From the NCBI RefSeq assembly GCF_001194135.2, contig NC_068989.1:95618493-95655834 (forward strand): a stretch of 37,342 nt of DNA, written 5' to 3'. This document shows positions 1 to 12,189 of this stretch, piece by piece; position 1 is the first letter of the stretch; each line of letters starts with the position of its first letter. The DNA is from Octopus bimaculoides (Eukaryota). Below the pieces are notes generated by a model. It saw only the letters and a program-made list of their open reading frames with translations, did not search any database and was not told the DNA's origin. The translations under genes were made by a program, and so were the position numbers.

Positions 1-49
1 ATATATATATATATATATAATTGTCACATATTATATTCATATATATATA

Positions 50-1250
50 TCAGGTTATTAAAAATGAAATGTCTGATTTTGAGCTGAAAGTTTATTTTAC
101 TTTATTTCAACAAAAAGTAATGTTGTTAATCAAAGTACGCACCTTAATTTATGAACACAATTTTGCCATTTTATCGGCAGCTTATTTATGTTGGCAGTGA
201 AGAATTCTTTAGAGCAAGAGGTGATGAAATCACAAAAGGCTGTTTTTGCATCTCCTTCAGATTTGAAGTTTTTCCCTTGAAAAAAGCTATCTAATGCCTG
301 GAAAACATGATAGTCAGTTGGTACAAAGTCTACTGAATATGGTGGATGACAAAGTACTTCTAAGTTCAGTTCCTGTAACTTGAGTAGCATTCTTTGTGTA
401 ACATGTAGTCGAGCATTGACTTGCAAGAGAATTGGCCTGTCTCTATTGACCGATCTCAGTTGTTTAATTGCAAGTTCACTCATCATTTCATCCAATTGGC
501 TGACGTATACGTCCGCTGTAATTGACTTACCAGGTCTCATGAAGCTGCAGTGGATGACACAAGCACTGGATCACCTGTAGCTTTTTTTGGTGAATATTCT
601 TTTTTGATATTGTGTTTTGGCATTTTGTCTCTATCCAACCACCCTACAGAACACTTGCTATTGTTGAAAAGAATCCATTTTTCATCACACATAACAATAC
701 GGTGCAAAACTATTTTGTTTTTATGTCATGACAACAGAACAGCAAGTTTTAAGATGACAAGTCATTTGATGCTCATTCAGTTTGTGTGGTACCCACTTGT
801 CCAGTTTCTTCACCTTGCCGGTTTTTCAAACATCAAACCTTACTGCTAACTCATGCATTGTTTGAGATGTATCCACTTCCACTACAGTTTCCAGCTCATC
901 ATTATCCACTTTTGTCTCAGGTCTACCATGGGGCTGATTTTCAAGAGTAAAGTCACCAGACTGGAACTTCTCAAACCATCATCGATGTACAGTGCGCTCA
1001 TTCGCCACATCTTCACCAAACACCTCATTGATGTTTCGAGCTGTCAGGGATGCATTGGTTCCACAACAGAACTCATATTCATAAACAACACAAATTTTTG
1101 ATCTATTCATGGGTTCACAAAAATTGATTTACAAGAGAAAACTTACAATATAATCAGATACCATGAATTGCATTTCGAAAAGTGATGATATCAATGTTGT
1201 AAAACAAAGAAATGTCAGGATAAAACATTAGAATTAACAACTGTCAAACT
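50..1250 (-). mobile_element. Decayed mariner (DD34D) DNA transposon; right end runs into the gap
   Basis: Begins with a TIR-like TCAGGTTATTAAAAATGAAATGTC in a (TA)n context and contains a transposase pseudogene. The second TIR is not visible before the N gap. Confidence 0.9.
130..1110 (-). pseudogene. Mariner transposase pseudogene with stops and frameshifts
   Basis: ATG at 1110 gives MNRSKICVVYEYEF...ARNINEVFGEDVANERTVHR*WFEKFQSGDFTLENQPHGRP...KKLDKWVPHKL (WVPHEL motif). The C-terminal ORF 130-540 contains LCHPPYSVDFVPTDYHVF (YSPDL motif) and KLPIKWQNCV. Confidence 0.92.
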
Positions 1251-1259
1251 TGGTGCATA

Positions 1260-2004
1260 NNNNNNNNNNNNNNNNNNNNNNNNNNNNNNNNNNNNNNNNN
1301 NNNNNNNNNNNNNNNNNNNNNNNNNNNNNNNNNNNNNNNNNNNNNNNNNNNNNNNNNNNNNNNNNNNNNNNNNNNNNNNNNNNNNNNNNNNNNNNNNNNN
1401 NNNNNNNNNNNNNNNNNNNNNNNNNNNNNNNNNNNNNNNNNNNNNNNNNNNNNNNNNNNNNNNNNNNNNNNNNNNNNNNNNNNNNNNNNNNNNNNNNNNN
1501 NNNNNNNNNNNNNNNNNNNNNNNNNNNNNNNNNNNNNNNNNNNNNNNNNNNNNNNNNNNNNNNNNNNNNNNNNNNNNNNNNNNNNNNNNNNNNNNNNNNN
1601 NNNNNNNNNNNNNNNNNNNNNNNNNNNNNNNNNNNNNNNNNNNNNNNNNNNNNNNNNNNNNNNNNNNNNNNNNNNNNNNNNNNNNNNNNNNNNNNNNNNN
1701 NNNNNNNNNNNNNNNNNNNNNNNNNNNNNNNNNNNNNNNNNNNNNNNNNNNNNNNNNNNNNNNNNNNNNNNNNNNNNNNNNNNNNNNNNNNNNNNNNNNN
1801 NNNNNNNNNNNNNNNNNNNNNNNNNNNNNNNNNNNNNNNNNNNNNNNNNNNNNNNNNNNNNNNNNNNNNNNNNNNNNNNNNNNNNNNNNNNNNNNNNNNN
1901 NNNNNNNNNNNNNNNNNNNNNNNNNNNNNNNNNNNNNNNNNNNNNNNNNNNNNNNNNNNNNNNNNNNNNNNNNNNNNNNNNNNNNNNNNNNNNNNNNNNN
2001 NNNN
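1260..2004. other. Assembly gap (745 N), followed by (AT)n
   Basis: Run of N characters; (AT)n occupies about 2005-2048. Confidence 1.
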
Positions 2005-2050
<46 letters not shown>

Positions 2051-2900
2051 CATTTCTTTGAACACAATGCAACTCAAATTAGATTCCTTATAGGAATGTT
2101 CACTATCACTTCTCTATTCAAATTATAATCAACAGTAGGAGTTGGATAAGCACAAAAATAATCTCACTTCATGTTTCATGTTATTAAAGTATTCCAAAAT
2201 GAATAAATTAAGAAAACAGAAAAAGATTACAAATAATTTCAATTCGGACAGTCAATGACTATTGAAGAGGTTGCAAAGAAACAACGAAAATTTTAGGAAA
2301 AATAAATGAGTAAATGAGTGGATATCAAACTGGTGCACATGTTAATTAATAAGGCATCAAAACAGAATGACTCACCCCAGGCACAATAAAATTACAAATA
2401 ATATTAACATGCAATGCATATGAACTGGGGAAAGGGATAGAAATCTAGCATAGAAGAAATGCTATGAAAATGAACAAGTGCTAACCAGTTTGTTTGCAAT
2501 AAACAGTCACTAGTGTAAAAGAAAACTAAAGAAAGAATGAAGACTGAGCAAGAAATCTAACTTCAACATTCATCACTGACCAAACCTATCCAATCCAAAC
2601 TTTGAAAGATATCTGTTTATTAGAAAGATGAATGTTCCAGCAGATATTGGTTTGTTGATTAAAAAGTTCTAAAATAAAGATTAAAAAACCCCGAGGTCAT
2701 AGAATATTTGCAATATATTCAATAGAATATTAATTTCAGTGAAAGCAGAGACATAGGTGACATGTGATTAAATCTCATGTTTTAATAACATATAATGTAA
2801 TTCAGTTTCAGGATGACTGACTAAAGTACATTAGAGAAAGTCAAGAAACAGATCTCATTATTGAAAAAACAATTGAATTAAGACACTGTCACCAATTTCA

Positions 2901-2998
<98 letters not shown>
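2901..2998. repeat. (AAT)20 directly followed by about 13 copies of (TAT), forming a palindrome
   Basis: Read directly from the sequence. Confidence 0.97.
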
Positions 2999-2999
<1 letters not shown>

Positions 3000-4439
3000 A
3001 TACTGATATAACAACAACAACAACAACACTAATAATAATCTCATATTGCTATTATTCCATCTGAAATATTCACACATTTTAAATCTTAGACACTTAGCTT
3101 ATGGGTCTTAACATCACAAATCAATAGAGAAGACAACGAATGACAAAAATAAAAGTGAATGAAAAATATAAAGAGGATTAAATGAAAGAAGTGAAAGATG
3201 ACTTTAATTATGTAAATAGTGGCTTCTCTCTGATATTTCCAAAATTTGATTTCATGTTCTTACAACAGTAAACCTAAACATACACATACTGTTATTTGAA
3301 AGAAAAAAAAAAGGCAATAGAAAAGACATTCAAAACAAATTTAAAATTCCATTTGAACCGACTTTCTTGAGAAAATAAAATCTGAACAATAAGAGTAGAA
3401 CAATATTTGTTTTTAAAACAAAAGTGATAGTGTTATTTAAAGAAACATAAGATTTTTAACCATATATATATAAAAAAATGACATGTTTGAAGAGACAAAA
3501 CAATGTAAAATAATCGTCTTTCTAAAGGTAATTTTCTAAACTGGCTAGAATTTACATTTTACTTTTATACAAATCACCTGTTTTCCTGCAAAAGTCTACA
3601 TTAATTACACTGTCTTAAACATAAGCTGGAAGGTGATGAATTGATGCATGAATGATCAATGCTTTTAAAAGTTAAGTTTTCTCTACAGATTTTAAGAATA
3701 AAAAGATTACTGGGTAATTTTCTTTAAAAGAAAAATCAGTTGACTGATATAGTCTGTACTCTATTACATAGACACACACACACACACACCTATGAGTTTA
3801 GCAATATAAAGACAATTGAGCTCTAACAAGAAGAAAGATAATAGTTGAATCAATTGCAGATGTTAAACTTGCTAAATAAAAATAGTAAACTAATATCAGC
3901 TTATTTTGCTTTTCTGTTGATTTAAACAAAAGAGGTTTAACACCACCCAAAAAGAACAAATTTCAAGCAAATAATGTTTTCAAATTGTAAAAGAAAAATA
4001 TGGAAAAGATGACAGACATCAACTGAATTTATAAACTAAAATAAATCTATAATGAGATCTAATTTCTTTTTTGATAATCTGCATCATTTTACAAAAAGCT
4101 ATAAAGAAACTAACAACAAAGAAACAACAATAACAAAAAAAGATGAAGGAAAATTATTTACATGCTTAAATATCTAGAGTTTTCACACTGACATTAAAAT
4201 CTAAACCTAAAATTGAAATCTCTCAGCTGATATTCTATATCTGCCACATTTGTCCTGGCTGTACCTTTTACAAAAATTGCACTTGCGATATAATCCTGTT
4301 TCTAAGTATTCGTTAATAATAATAATAAAGATATTTTTTTTAGTCTTCAACAGTGAGACTTTATGCTGAACACCTACAAGATACTCTGAAATAAGCTACC
4401 AACATCTATTTCATTTAACCTAAATCTTAAGTGACATTC

Positions 4440-5270
4440 TACAAAAGCATCCTATTTGCAAAGGACTAATTTCATTTTACCTCAATGTTAACAACTTCGC
4501 CTGGCTCTCTCAATCCTTCTAATCTGACTCAGCAGGTTTAGATATTAAATTATCTGTTATAGTATATCATCTATGCTAAACACTCTTCTTTCCTACTTGT
4601 CCACTCAGTTTTCTAGTTTCTCAGAGAAACGTCTTCTTTTCCGCAGGCTATTCTAAACAGCTACCTCATCTCTGATTTAAACCATTAAGTACACCCATAA
4701 CATGTGTGACCTCACATCGTCATACATCAAATCCACTGAGTTGTCAGTTTTGACTAATTTTGTGTCCCACCTAACTGCTCTGAGATTGATTAATGTACAA
4801 TGGAAGCTGCTCGTTTTATAATATCTGTCCACATTCCACATGCCTTCAGAGCCACAAAATGGATACAAGTCTGGTTTAAATGAGTGAGAAACTTCTAGAA
4901 TGCAAAGGATGCTGTTTCAAATTCTTTCGACTTTTCAAACATTAATGGTTCTATAATTGACACTCCACAGAAAAAGCCTCCATATATGCTATCCACTTTG
5001 CATATACTAGACAAAATCGCCTCTCAAAATTATCCTTATCTCCTCCACTTTGCCCACAACCACATACACATAGATGCCAAGAGTGAAAAAGAAAACACCT
5101 CTGATTTCTCTGAAAATTTCCTCTTTCCATTAACCTTAAGCACAGCATATTTTCCACAGCTAGCTCCTACCATCACCGAATTTCTTAATTTCTTTGTACA
5201 AGGATCTATCTTGATGCTTGGAATCATGCTACAGGTGTCCTATTTCCAAGAAAGGCAACCTTTCTGACCT
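4440..5270 (-). mobile_element. Highly decayed non-LTR retrotransposon (RTE-like) C-terminal region
   Basis: The minus strand gives LYPFCGSEGMWNV, similar to the LLYGSEAW motif found after the RT domain. The region is higher in GC than its flanks and has many stops. Confidence 0.5.
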
Positions 5271-5289
5271 GCCAACTATTAACATATAT

Positions 5290-5725
5290 CATTGTGTTCA
5301 CTTCCAACGTCTTACAAGGGATAAAGATACTCATTAACAATTGCTTTTCCAGCACAGAAAACTTGCCTCCCTCCGTATGTATACAGGAGCATGGACATCA
5401 AGGGCACACCATTTTGGCCATGATTTTATGTTTTCTCAAGCAGAGCAAGTCACCAATTGTCTTGGTCCATTGTCATCTCCTTTGTGAGGCTCAAAATCTG
5501 AAGATCATTTTCCAAAATTTCCTCCTATATCTTCCCAGATCTTCTTCCACATTTAGAGATCATTATGAAGGTGTCTTCATCCATACACATCACATGACCA
5601 AACCAGAGCAGTTTTCTCTCTAGCACACTACATCGGATGCCCATCTTCAAGAAAACATTCACACTTAAAATTCACATATCTCAACATCAAATGTGAAACA
5701 ATATTTTGTACCTTCACCTGGAAAA
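5290..5725 (-). mobile_element. RTE LINE 3' fragment
   Basis: The minus strand gives GIRCSVLERKLLWFGHVMCMDED, the same family as the copies at 12190 and 20787. Confidence 0.8.
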
Positions 5726-6974
5726 TTTATATGTTGAAAATATCAAAAGCCACATTGAACACGTTTTTATACCAAAACATGTTACTTATAAACAGATGTG
5801 GATTCCATTCATTATGTGCAATTCTATCATGTATTCCAGTAAAACCAGTTTTTCAAATGTTAGTTTAATAAAGTATATTTTGTAATGTAGCATTTGTCAT
5901 CTGATGATGAATGGAGACTAAACTGCCTGAAACATGCTTGAAAATAGTGAGAGAGAGAGAGAAAAAAGAAAAAAAGATAACAGAAAATATCTGCCATATG
6001 GCATTATGATCAAATACAGGTGATAAACCATGATTTTAAGGCTGATAGGCAAATTTGATTATCCAATTGAATTCTAAAGTTAGTAGCCATGATGATAGTA
6101 TGATAATCCAAAGGAAGAAACTGCATTGAATGTATGGCAATCAATCTTGTTCTGAAGAACATATATTTCTTGACAACACATTGGATACTAAATAATCATT
6201 TGTATTGTAAGTTACAACATACAGATTTGGAATGTGTCTTATTTTATTGAAGAGTGTGAGGTTTTGATAATACTCATAAGAATATCAAGGTACCGAAGTA
6301 GGACAAATGTGTAAGATGAAATTGTAGAAATTGCATGACAAAAACATTGAGGAACTGCAAGAACACTTCAGATGGTGGTTTCTGCAGTTCATTACATTTT
6401 TCTACAGTCAACACGTGAAGCATTTGATGATTGTCGATGGTGTGGAGTAAAACACATGGCTGGTACAGGCATCTTATTCTTCATGTTGTTATTGCTTTGT
6501 AAACAACAAGCATGCTTGGCCAACAGGTACTTCTATATTTGTTAGAGATGGTAGCTATATGTTCTAGCACTGGCATTTTTGATATTTCTTACATAACAAT
6601 ATGCAACATAAACCAGATCAGCCATCTGCAGTCTTGTGAAGATTCCCCTCAGATGAAGAAGATACTATAATTCACAAACTAATCAGTCTCTTTTTTGAGT
6701 GCTGAGAGGTTGGGGAAATATCTAAAACAATAAACATTTTCTACAAAATACCCACGTAAGAAATACAAGAATACAGGAAGCTAAAAGGAAATATTGAGAT
6801 TGAAGATTCCGTTACAGATATATTTCGATTACACAATTCAATAGCAGGAAGTAAATAATGAAAATAATATTTCCAAAAGCAAAACAATCATGAGAAACAG
6901 CTGAACGGTGATGATGATGATGATGATGATTATATATATATATATATATGCACATATGTATATTTATATCATCA

Positions 6975-7085
6975 TCATCCACTTCATCATCATCGTTTAA
7001 CGTCCGCTTTCCATGCTAGCATGGGTTGGACGATTTGACCGAGGACTGGTGAAACCAGAGGGCTACACCAGGCTCCAATCTGATT
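6975..7085 (-). mobile_element. RTE-type 3' tail fragment ending in (GAT)n
   Basis: CATCATCATCGTTTAACGTCCGCTTTCCATGCTAGCATGGGTTGGACG is the reverse complement of the tail at 12735-12782. Confidence 0.85.
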
Positions 7086-7584
7086 CATTGTACATATACA
7101 TAGCCTTCCAATACATTTACAAAAAATGAACTCATAATGCTTAAATAATTTCAGTTTTCTTTTACAGAAATAAATAATTAATTTTCTTGATTGCTTATGC
7201 CATTTCGGAAGCAAAGCCATTTCATCAGTAAATCTCAGCTTAGAAGTTCACCTTAAACTAAATTTCTGCCATTTAAATTATCCAGAATCAGTTTGAAATA
7301 TTATTAACCTTTTAAATTTTGCTTCAATAAAAGAAAAAAAAGCATCAGAAACTCTGGAGTGACCAGTGGAGGTAAAAAAAAAGGGAAAAATGAAAGTGCA
7401 GCTGATAATTTTGAGTTTAATACATTTTAATTTGATGGTTGTAAGACATCAAGTCTATTTTAAATGAATGTCTTCAAATCAAAAAAATGTTCGCAGATGC
7501 ACATTCCATATTAGTTGGTACACACAACAATTTGTTCAACATGCCAAGAGATATGGCAACACCAAAGCTGAAGGAAAGCGAAAA

Positions 7585-7740
7585 TATTGATTTCTAACAT
7601 AAGCCCAAGGCCTCAAATTCTGGGCTTCAGTATCGTCAGCACTGACCCAGGTACTTGACTAGCACTCACTTTATTAACCTCAGAAGGATGAACAACAAAG
7701 TTAACCTCAGCAGGATTTAAAGGCAGAACAAAAAGGATTG
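7585..7740 (-). mobile_element. tRNA-derived SINE, conserved-central-domain family, decayed
   Basis: Reverse complement of the same central block seen at 8546 and 10921 (actttattaacctcagaaggatgaacaacaaagttaacc). Confidence 0.75.
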
Positions 7741-7759
7741 TTACTAAATATCACTCACT

Positions 7760-8090
7760 TGTTGAAAATACTGGCATTTTGACAGTTACAACGACAAGGG
7801 TTCCAGTTGATCTGATCTTAATGGTAAAGCTTGTTTGTGGAATTACTGTGCAAGTGGCTGAGCACTCCACAGCCCATATACCCTTAACATGGTTCTCAGG
7901 AAGATTCAACATAACACAGAATGCGACAAGGCTAGCTCTTTGAAATACTGGTACTATCCATTTTTCCCAGTTGAGTGGACTGGAGCAATGAGAAATAAAG
8001 TGTCTTGCTCAAGGACACAACATGCTGTCAGGAACAGAACTCATGACCTTCTGATTGTGAGCCAAATACTCTAACCACTAAGCCATATGC
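7760..8090 (-). mobile_element. tRNA-derived SINE of a second family
   Basis: The minus-strand head GCATATGGCTTAGTGGTTAGAGTATTTGGCTCACAATCAGAAGGTCATGAGTTC has A/B-box-like elements, followed by the CORE/V-like block TGTGTCCTTGAGCAAGACACTT. Confidence 0.8.
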
Positions 8091-8545
8091 TTTCATTATT
8101 CATTCAAAATACGATTCTGAAAGACATCATGTTTCCAAGTTCTTCATTTTAGCTAACAAGAGAAATCTCTCTCTATATATATATACTTGGCTAGCCAGAA
8201 ATAGGAGTCAAATACTTCACATTTTACACCCTACGATCTAATAAAAAAGAAACATGTCTTATATAATGAAACACTGGATGTACAAAAAAACCTTGTTGGC
8301 CAAATTGAAATGTTTTAAGTTTTCAACAATAGCATGTTTTATGCTTACACTAAAATATCTTGCAAAAGCTTACTAGTGAGATTGAAATGGGAAATGGTTA
8401 ACAATGGTTAACGAATTTAATCAAGAAATGCCTTCAGAGATAATGAATATATGAAATAATTTCAAAGCAATCTATTCAAATTAAATTATCACTCATTGAT
8501 TGACAAAACTGAAACCATTTTATTGTCAATATTACCATTAGTCTA

Positions 8546-8812
8546 ATGTGGTGAGCTGGTGGAATTGGTAGCACACCAAGCAAAATGTTTAGTGGCATTT
8601 TGTTTGTCTTTCACTTCTGAGTTCAAATTACGACAACACAGACTTTGCCTTTCATCCTTTCAGGGTCGATAAAATGAATACCAGTTGAGAACTGGAGTTG
8701 ATGTAATTAATTTAGCACCCCACCTCCTCTGAAATTATTGGCTTTGCACCAATTTTGCACCCGACCTCCCCTGAAATTACTGGCTTTGTGTCAAATTCTG
8801 AAACCAACATTA
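8546..8812 (+). mobile_element. tRNA-derived SINE (Meta-domain-like central block) with a 42-bp internal duplication
   Basis: GTGGTGAGCTGG...TTCTGAGTTCAAATT...GACTTTGCCTTTCATCCTTTCAGGGTCGATAAAATGAATACCAGTT. The family name is from memory. Confidence 0.88.
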
Positions 8813-10539
8813 CCACTAGTCTATTGTTTGTTAGTTTCCAGTACTTCAAATATGATTTTCCAGTAGACTGATATACTTGTTCTCAGTCATTCCTGAGTAA
8901 ACTTGACTGTCTGTCTGCCTATACCCAAGCTTTACTCTGTCCAGACACTGAATATCAACCAGTATTACCATTTGTTCAGCAAATAAATCCCGAAGTAGTC
9001 TTATAAACCCAGACTATCAAAGTCATAAAACTTACTACACCAACCAATATCTCTAATGAGTAGTCTATTTCTCAACTCACAATATCTACCCACCTCTCGG
9101 TCGTTATACACAAGCATTTAGTATCTTATGCAGATTTTATAGAGTATTTATACTTCAATTATACAGACACATCTATGTATTATGTGTGTGTGTGTGTGTG
9201 TGTGTAACGCATAAATGAGCATTTTCTAAAGTATTACATAGAATGCCTTGTGGTATTATTTTTTGGCCTTTTGTACCCAGAGTGCAAATCTCAAGTCAAC
9301 TTCACCTTTCTCTCTTTTGGGATCAATAATGAAGAATCAATTCAGATAAGTGGAATTGGAGGAATTGTTTCAGCTGAGATGCTTTGTAATATCTGTTCTT
9401 GTTCTTTCTATTCTGGAGGCAATGCCTCCAACAACACCAGTTTCCAAGCAGAACTGAACTTGATCGTTCTTTTGGGCAACATGAGTGACATGGAGTGAAG
9501 AATTTGCTGCATGATTAACTACTGGCCTTGCATAAAAATACTTGCTCAAGTCCATCTTTATCTTGGAAAGGAACTTTCCAGATGCAGATAGTTAACTTTG
9601 TCCAACAGAAGCCTTATGTATACACAAAAATACATATACACACAGGGAAAGCAAGCAAGAGTAGAGGTGGGGGTGGGGGAGAGTAAAATTTGCCAAATTT
9701 CATATCACTTAAAATAAATACAATGCAAAATGTTTTTTTGAGAAATTAGCTTCTTTTCATAACCAATTTTCTATCATCTTTAATAAATGTCATAAAAGTT
9801 TCATCCTTTGCTGCATCGTTTTGTATTAATCATGCATTATTTCATAGCTTTGAGATTTTGATGATACGATTGTTTATTTTAAAGATGACCCCCACACTGA
9901 CCACTACTTCCAATCTTTTTTCCCAGGATGCTGGCCTTCAAGAATTTCTTGCCAACATAATCTTTTTTACAGATGGAAATGTTCAAGAGGAAAATCAATC
10001 TGACTAACCTCAAAGGAAGGCCAAGGGTATAGAACCAAATCTCCAACTCCAAGAACAAACCGAGAATGAAAACAGGGGGATGGGAAAGAAATGTCTATAT
10101 ACAGCTATAATGAAAAATATTGATATTTTTGCTTAATTTAAATACTTTGACTAAATACTTATTTCCCAAAGAAATATATCTTAGAGGAAAGACAAATATA
10201 AATCAAACAATAAAAAAATATTGAAATGAAAACATCAAGTCGATTTTTCTCAAAAAAACTAAAATATGACTCTGCAATTATAAAGACCATATGAACTTCA
10301 AGTATAGACTAAATAATAGTCAAGCTGCTAATATCTTAAAACTTTTATTCACAGTTGTTTGATCATTTTTTAGCACAGTTGAAAGATTAAGGCTAGTCTG
10401 ATTAATAAAGTCAGTTTACTAAGAAAGCAAAATAATGAATGAAGATTAATTGATGCTGAACATTTAAAAAAATTTCAACTATCAAAATAAATTAATAAAA
10501 AATGGTTATATTTTAACAACACCAACAACACCAATAGCC

Positions 10540-10665
10540 ATTTCTGACTTAGACACAATGCAACCATTTTTGAGGTTTCTCATTTATGTCCAAAGAAATT
10601 ATTCTGTACCATCACTAGAACATGACTGGTACTTTATTTTGTTGACCCTGGAGGGATAAAATAAC
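10540..10665 (-). mobile_element. SINE 3' fragment, same family as 10921
   Basis: Contains ctggtactttattttgttgaccctggagggataaaa and a tail-like atttctgacttagacacaatg. Confidence 0.65.
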
Positions 10666-10715
10666 ATGTGATAAGAAAGTGCCTGTGCAAACCAAGCAGA
10701 ATGAATAACACATAG

Positions 10716-10915
<200 letters not shown>

Positions 10916-10920
10916 TATTA

Positions 10921-11145
10921 AGGCAGCAAGCTGGCTGAATAATCAGCAAGCCAGGCAAAATCCTTAGTGGCAGTTTGCCTCTCTATAATTCTGAGTTCAA
11001 ATTCCACCAAGGTCAACTTTGCTTGACATCCTTTTGAGGGTCAATGAAATTGGTACCAGTTGAGTACTGGGGGTTGATGCAATCGACTTAGCCCCTCTCA
11101 CTAAATTTCAGGCCTTGTGCCTATAGTCGAAAGGATTATTATTAT
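10921..11145 (+). mobile_element. Near full-length tRNA-derived SINE with (ATT)n tail
   Basis: GGCAGCAAGCTGGCTGAAT...TTCTGAGTTCAAATTCCACCAAGGTCAACTTTGC...GTACCAGTTGAGTACTGGGG...GGCCTTGTGCCTATAGTCGAAAGG followed by ATTATTATT. Confidence 0.9.
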
Positions 11146-11164
11146 CATCATCATTGTTTTACTT

Positions 11165-11700
11165 CTGGTAGGTTCTGTGAGAGTGAGCAGTAGCCTGCTG
11201 TCAGGGGTCTCAAAGTGGTAGAGAGAAACAGAGATGTACAGTGATAGAGATGGATGTCAGAGATACATTGGGGTGGCCGTAATGAGAGGAGGACAAAGAG
11301 GGTGGGTTGTCAACTGCAGATAGGAATGAGGGTGTTAAAGATGAAATATGGCATTCTTAAGATGTAGCTCAGAAGAGAGTAAGAGACAACTGGAGGTACA
11401 AAAAATGGTGGTCAGTGGAAACTAAATTAGGAAGGGATGATACTGAGAATGCAAAATGGATTTTAAAGGAGAGAGAGGGGCAACTGGTAGAACAAAGTGG
11501 GCTGAAATAGATATTCTGCTCCTACACGATTAAAGTCGCTCATAGTGCCAGAGTTAGAACAGTGGTAGAAGGATGGATGAATGTGGGAAAGACTTGAAAA
11601 GGACAGGGTCCAGTGAGTGTACAGCCATAAACATAATGCTTTTAGGATCTCACTTTCATTGTAACAGATAGGTTTTCTTGAGCACAACAAACCATTTTAA
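11165..11700 (-). mobile_element. Probable ancient retroelement remnant, possibly Penelope-like
   Basis: A purine-rich, higher-GC block unlike the flanking intron. Only faint protein-level resemblance to Penelope RT/linker regions. Confidence 0.3.
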
Positions 11701-12189
11701 TCTTTTGTCAACTTTTGAGTGAGGCTCATCATGTTGAAATCAGATTACAATAATTTGTTAGACGCCTTCTTGGGGCTCCTTCTACAAGTTCCATCCACAT
11801 TTAGTGATTGACACTGCTTTTAGACTTTCACACAGTTTTTGTTAGCTAATTTCCACCCACGAAGCATCAATCAATCTGGAACTTTTAGCAGAGTGGGATC
11901 CAACCCATGCATACAAGGTAATCTCAAATAGGATGATGACGATATAAGACATTGCTGCAAGTGAAGGCACTCTTCAATTAGCAGCCTAAAACTATACTCA
12001 ATAGAGCATATATATATGCTTCAAGAAGGGCAAGCAGTTTGTCACTCAGAGAGCATAATCAGGTCTGAAGGTCACAGATAACATAACGTAACTATTCATC
12101 ACATTGTTAGGAATTTTCTAACAGAAAAAAATTGTTAAGCTTAAGCGTATCAGGTAGAAAAAAGTAGGTATTAAGAGCAAACAGTTAAC

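Noticed and set aside
1215-2077. Long ORFs of 266-285 aa in the ORF track
   Set aside because: Artefacts of translating through the N gap and (AT)n.
7480-7568. Minus-strand acceptor followed by FGVAIS, reminiscent of RXYLT1 WPLGVATYR
   Set aside because: Only GVA matches, the frame closes after about 30 codons, and there is no downstream similarity.
9440-9498. LIVLLGN resembling RXYLT1 AVVLLGNE
   Set aside because: It is on the wrong strand relative to the confirmed exon and lacks the flanking conservation.
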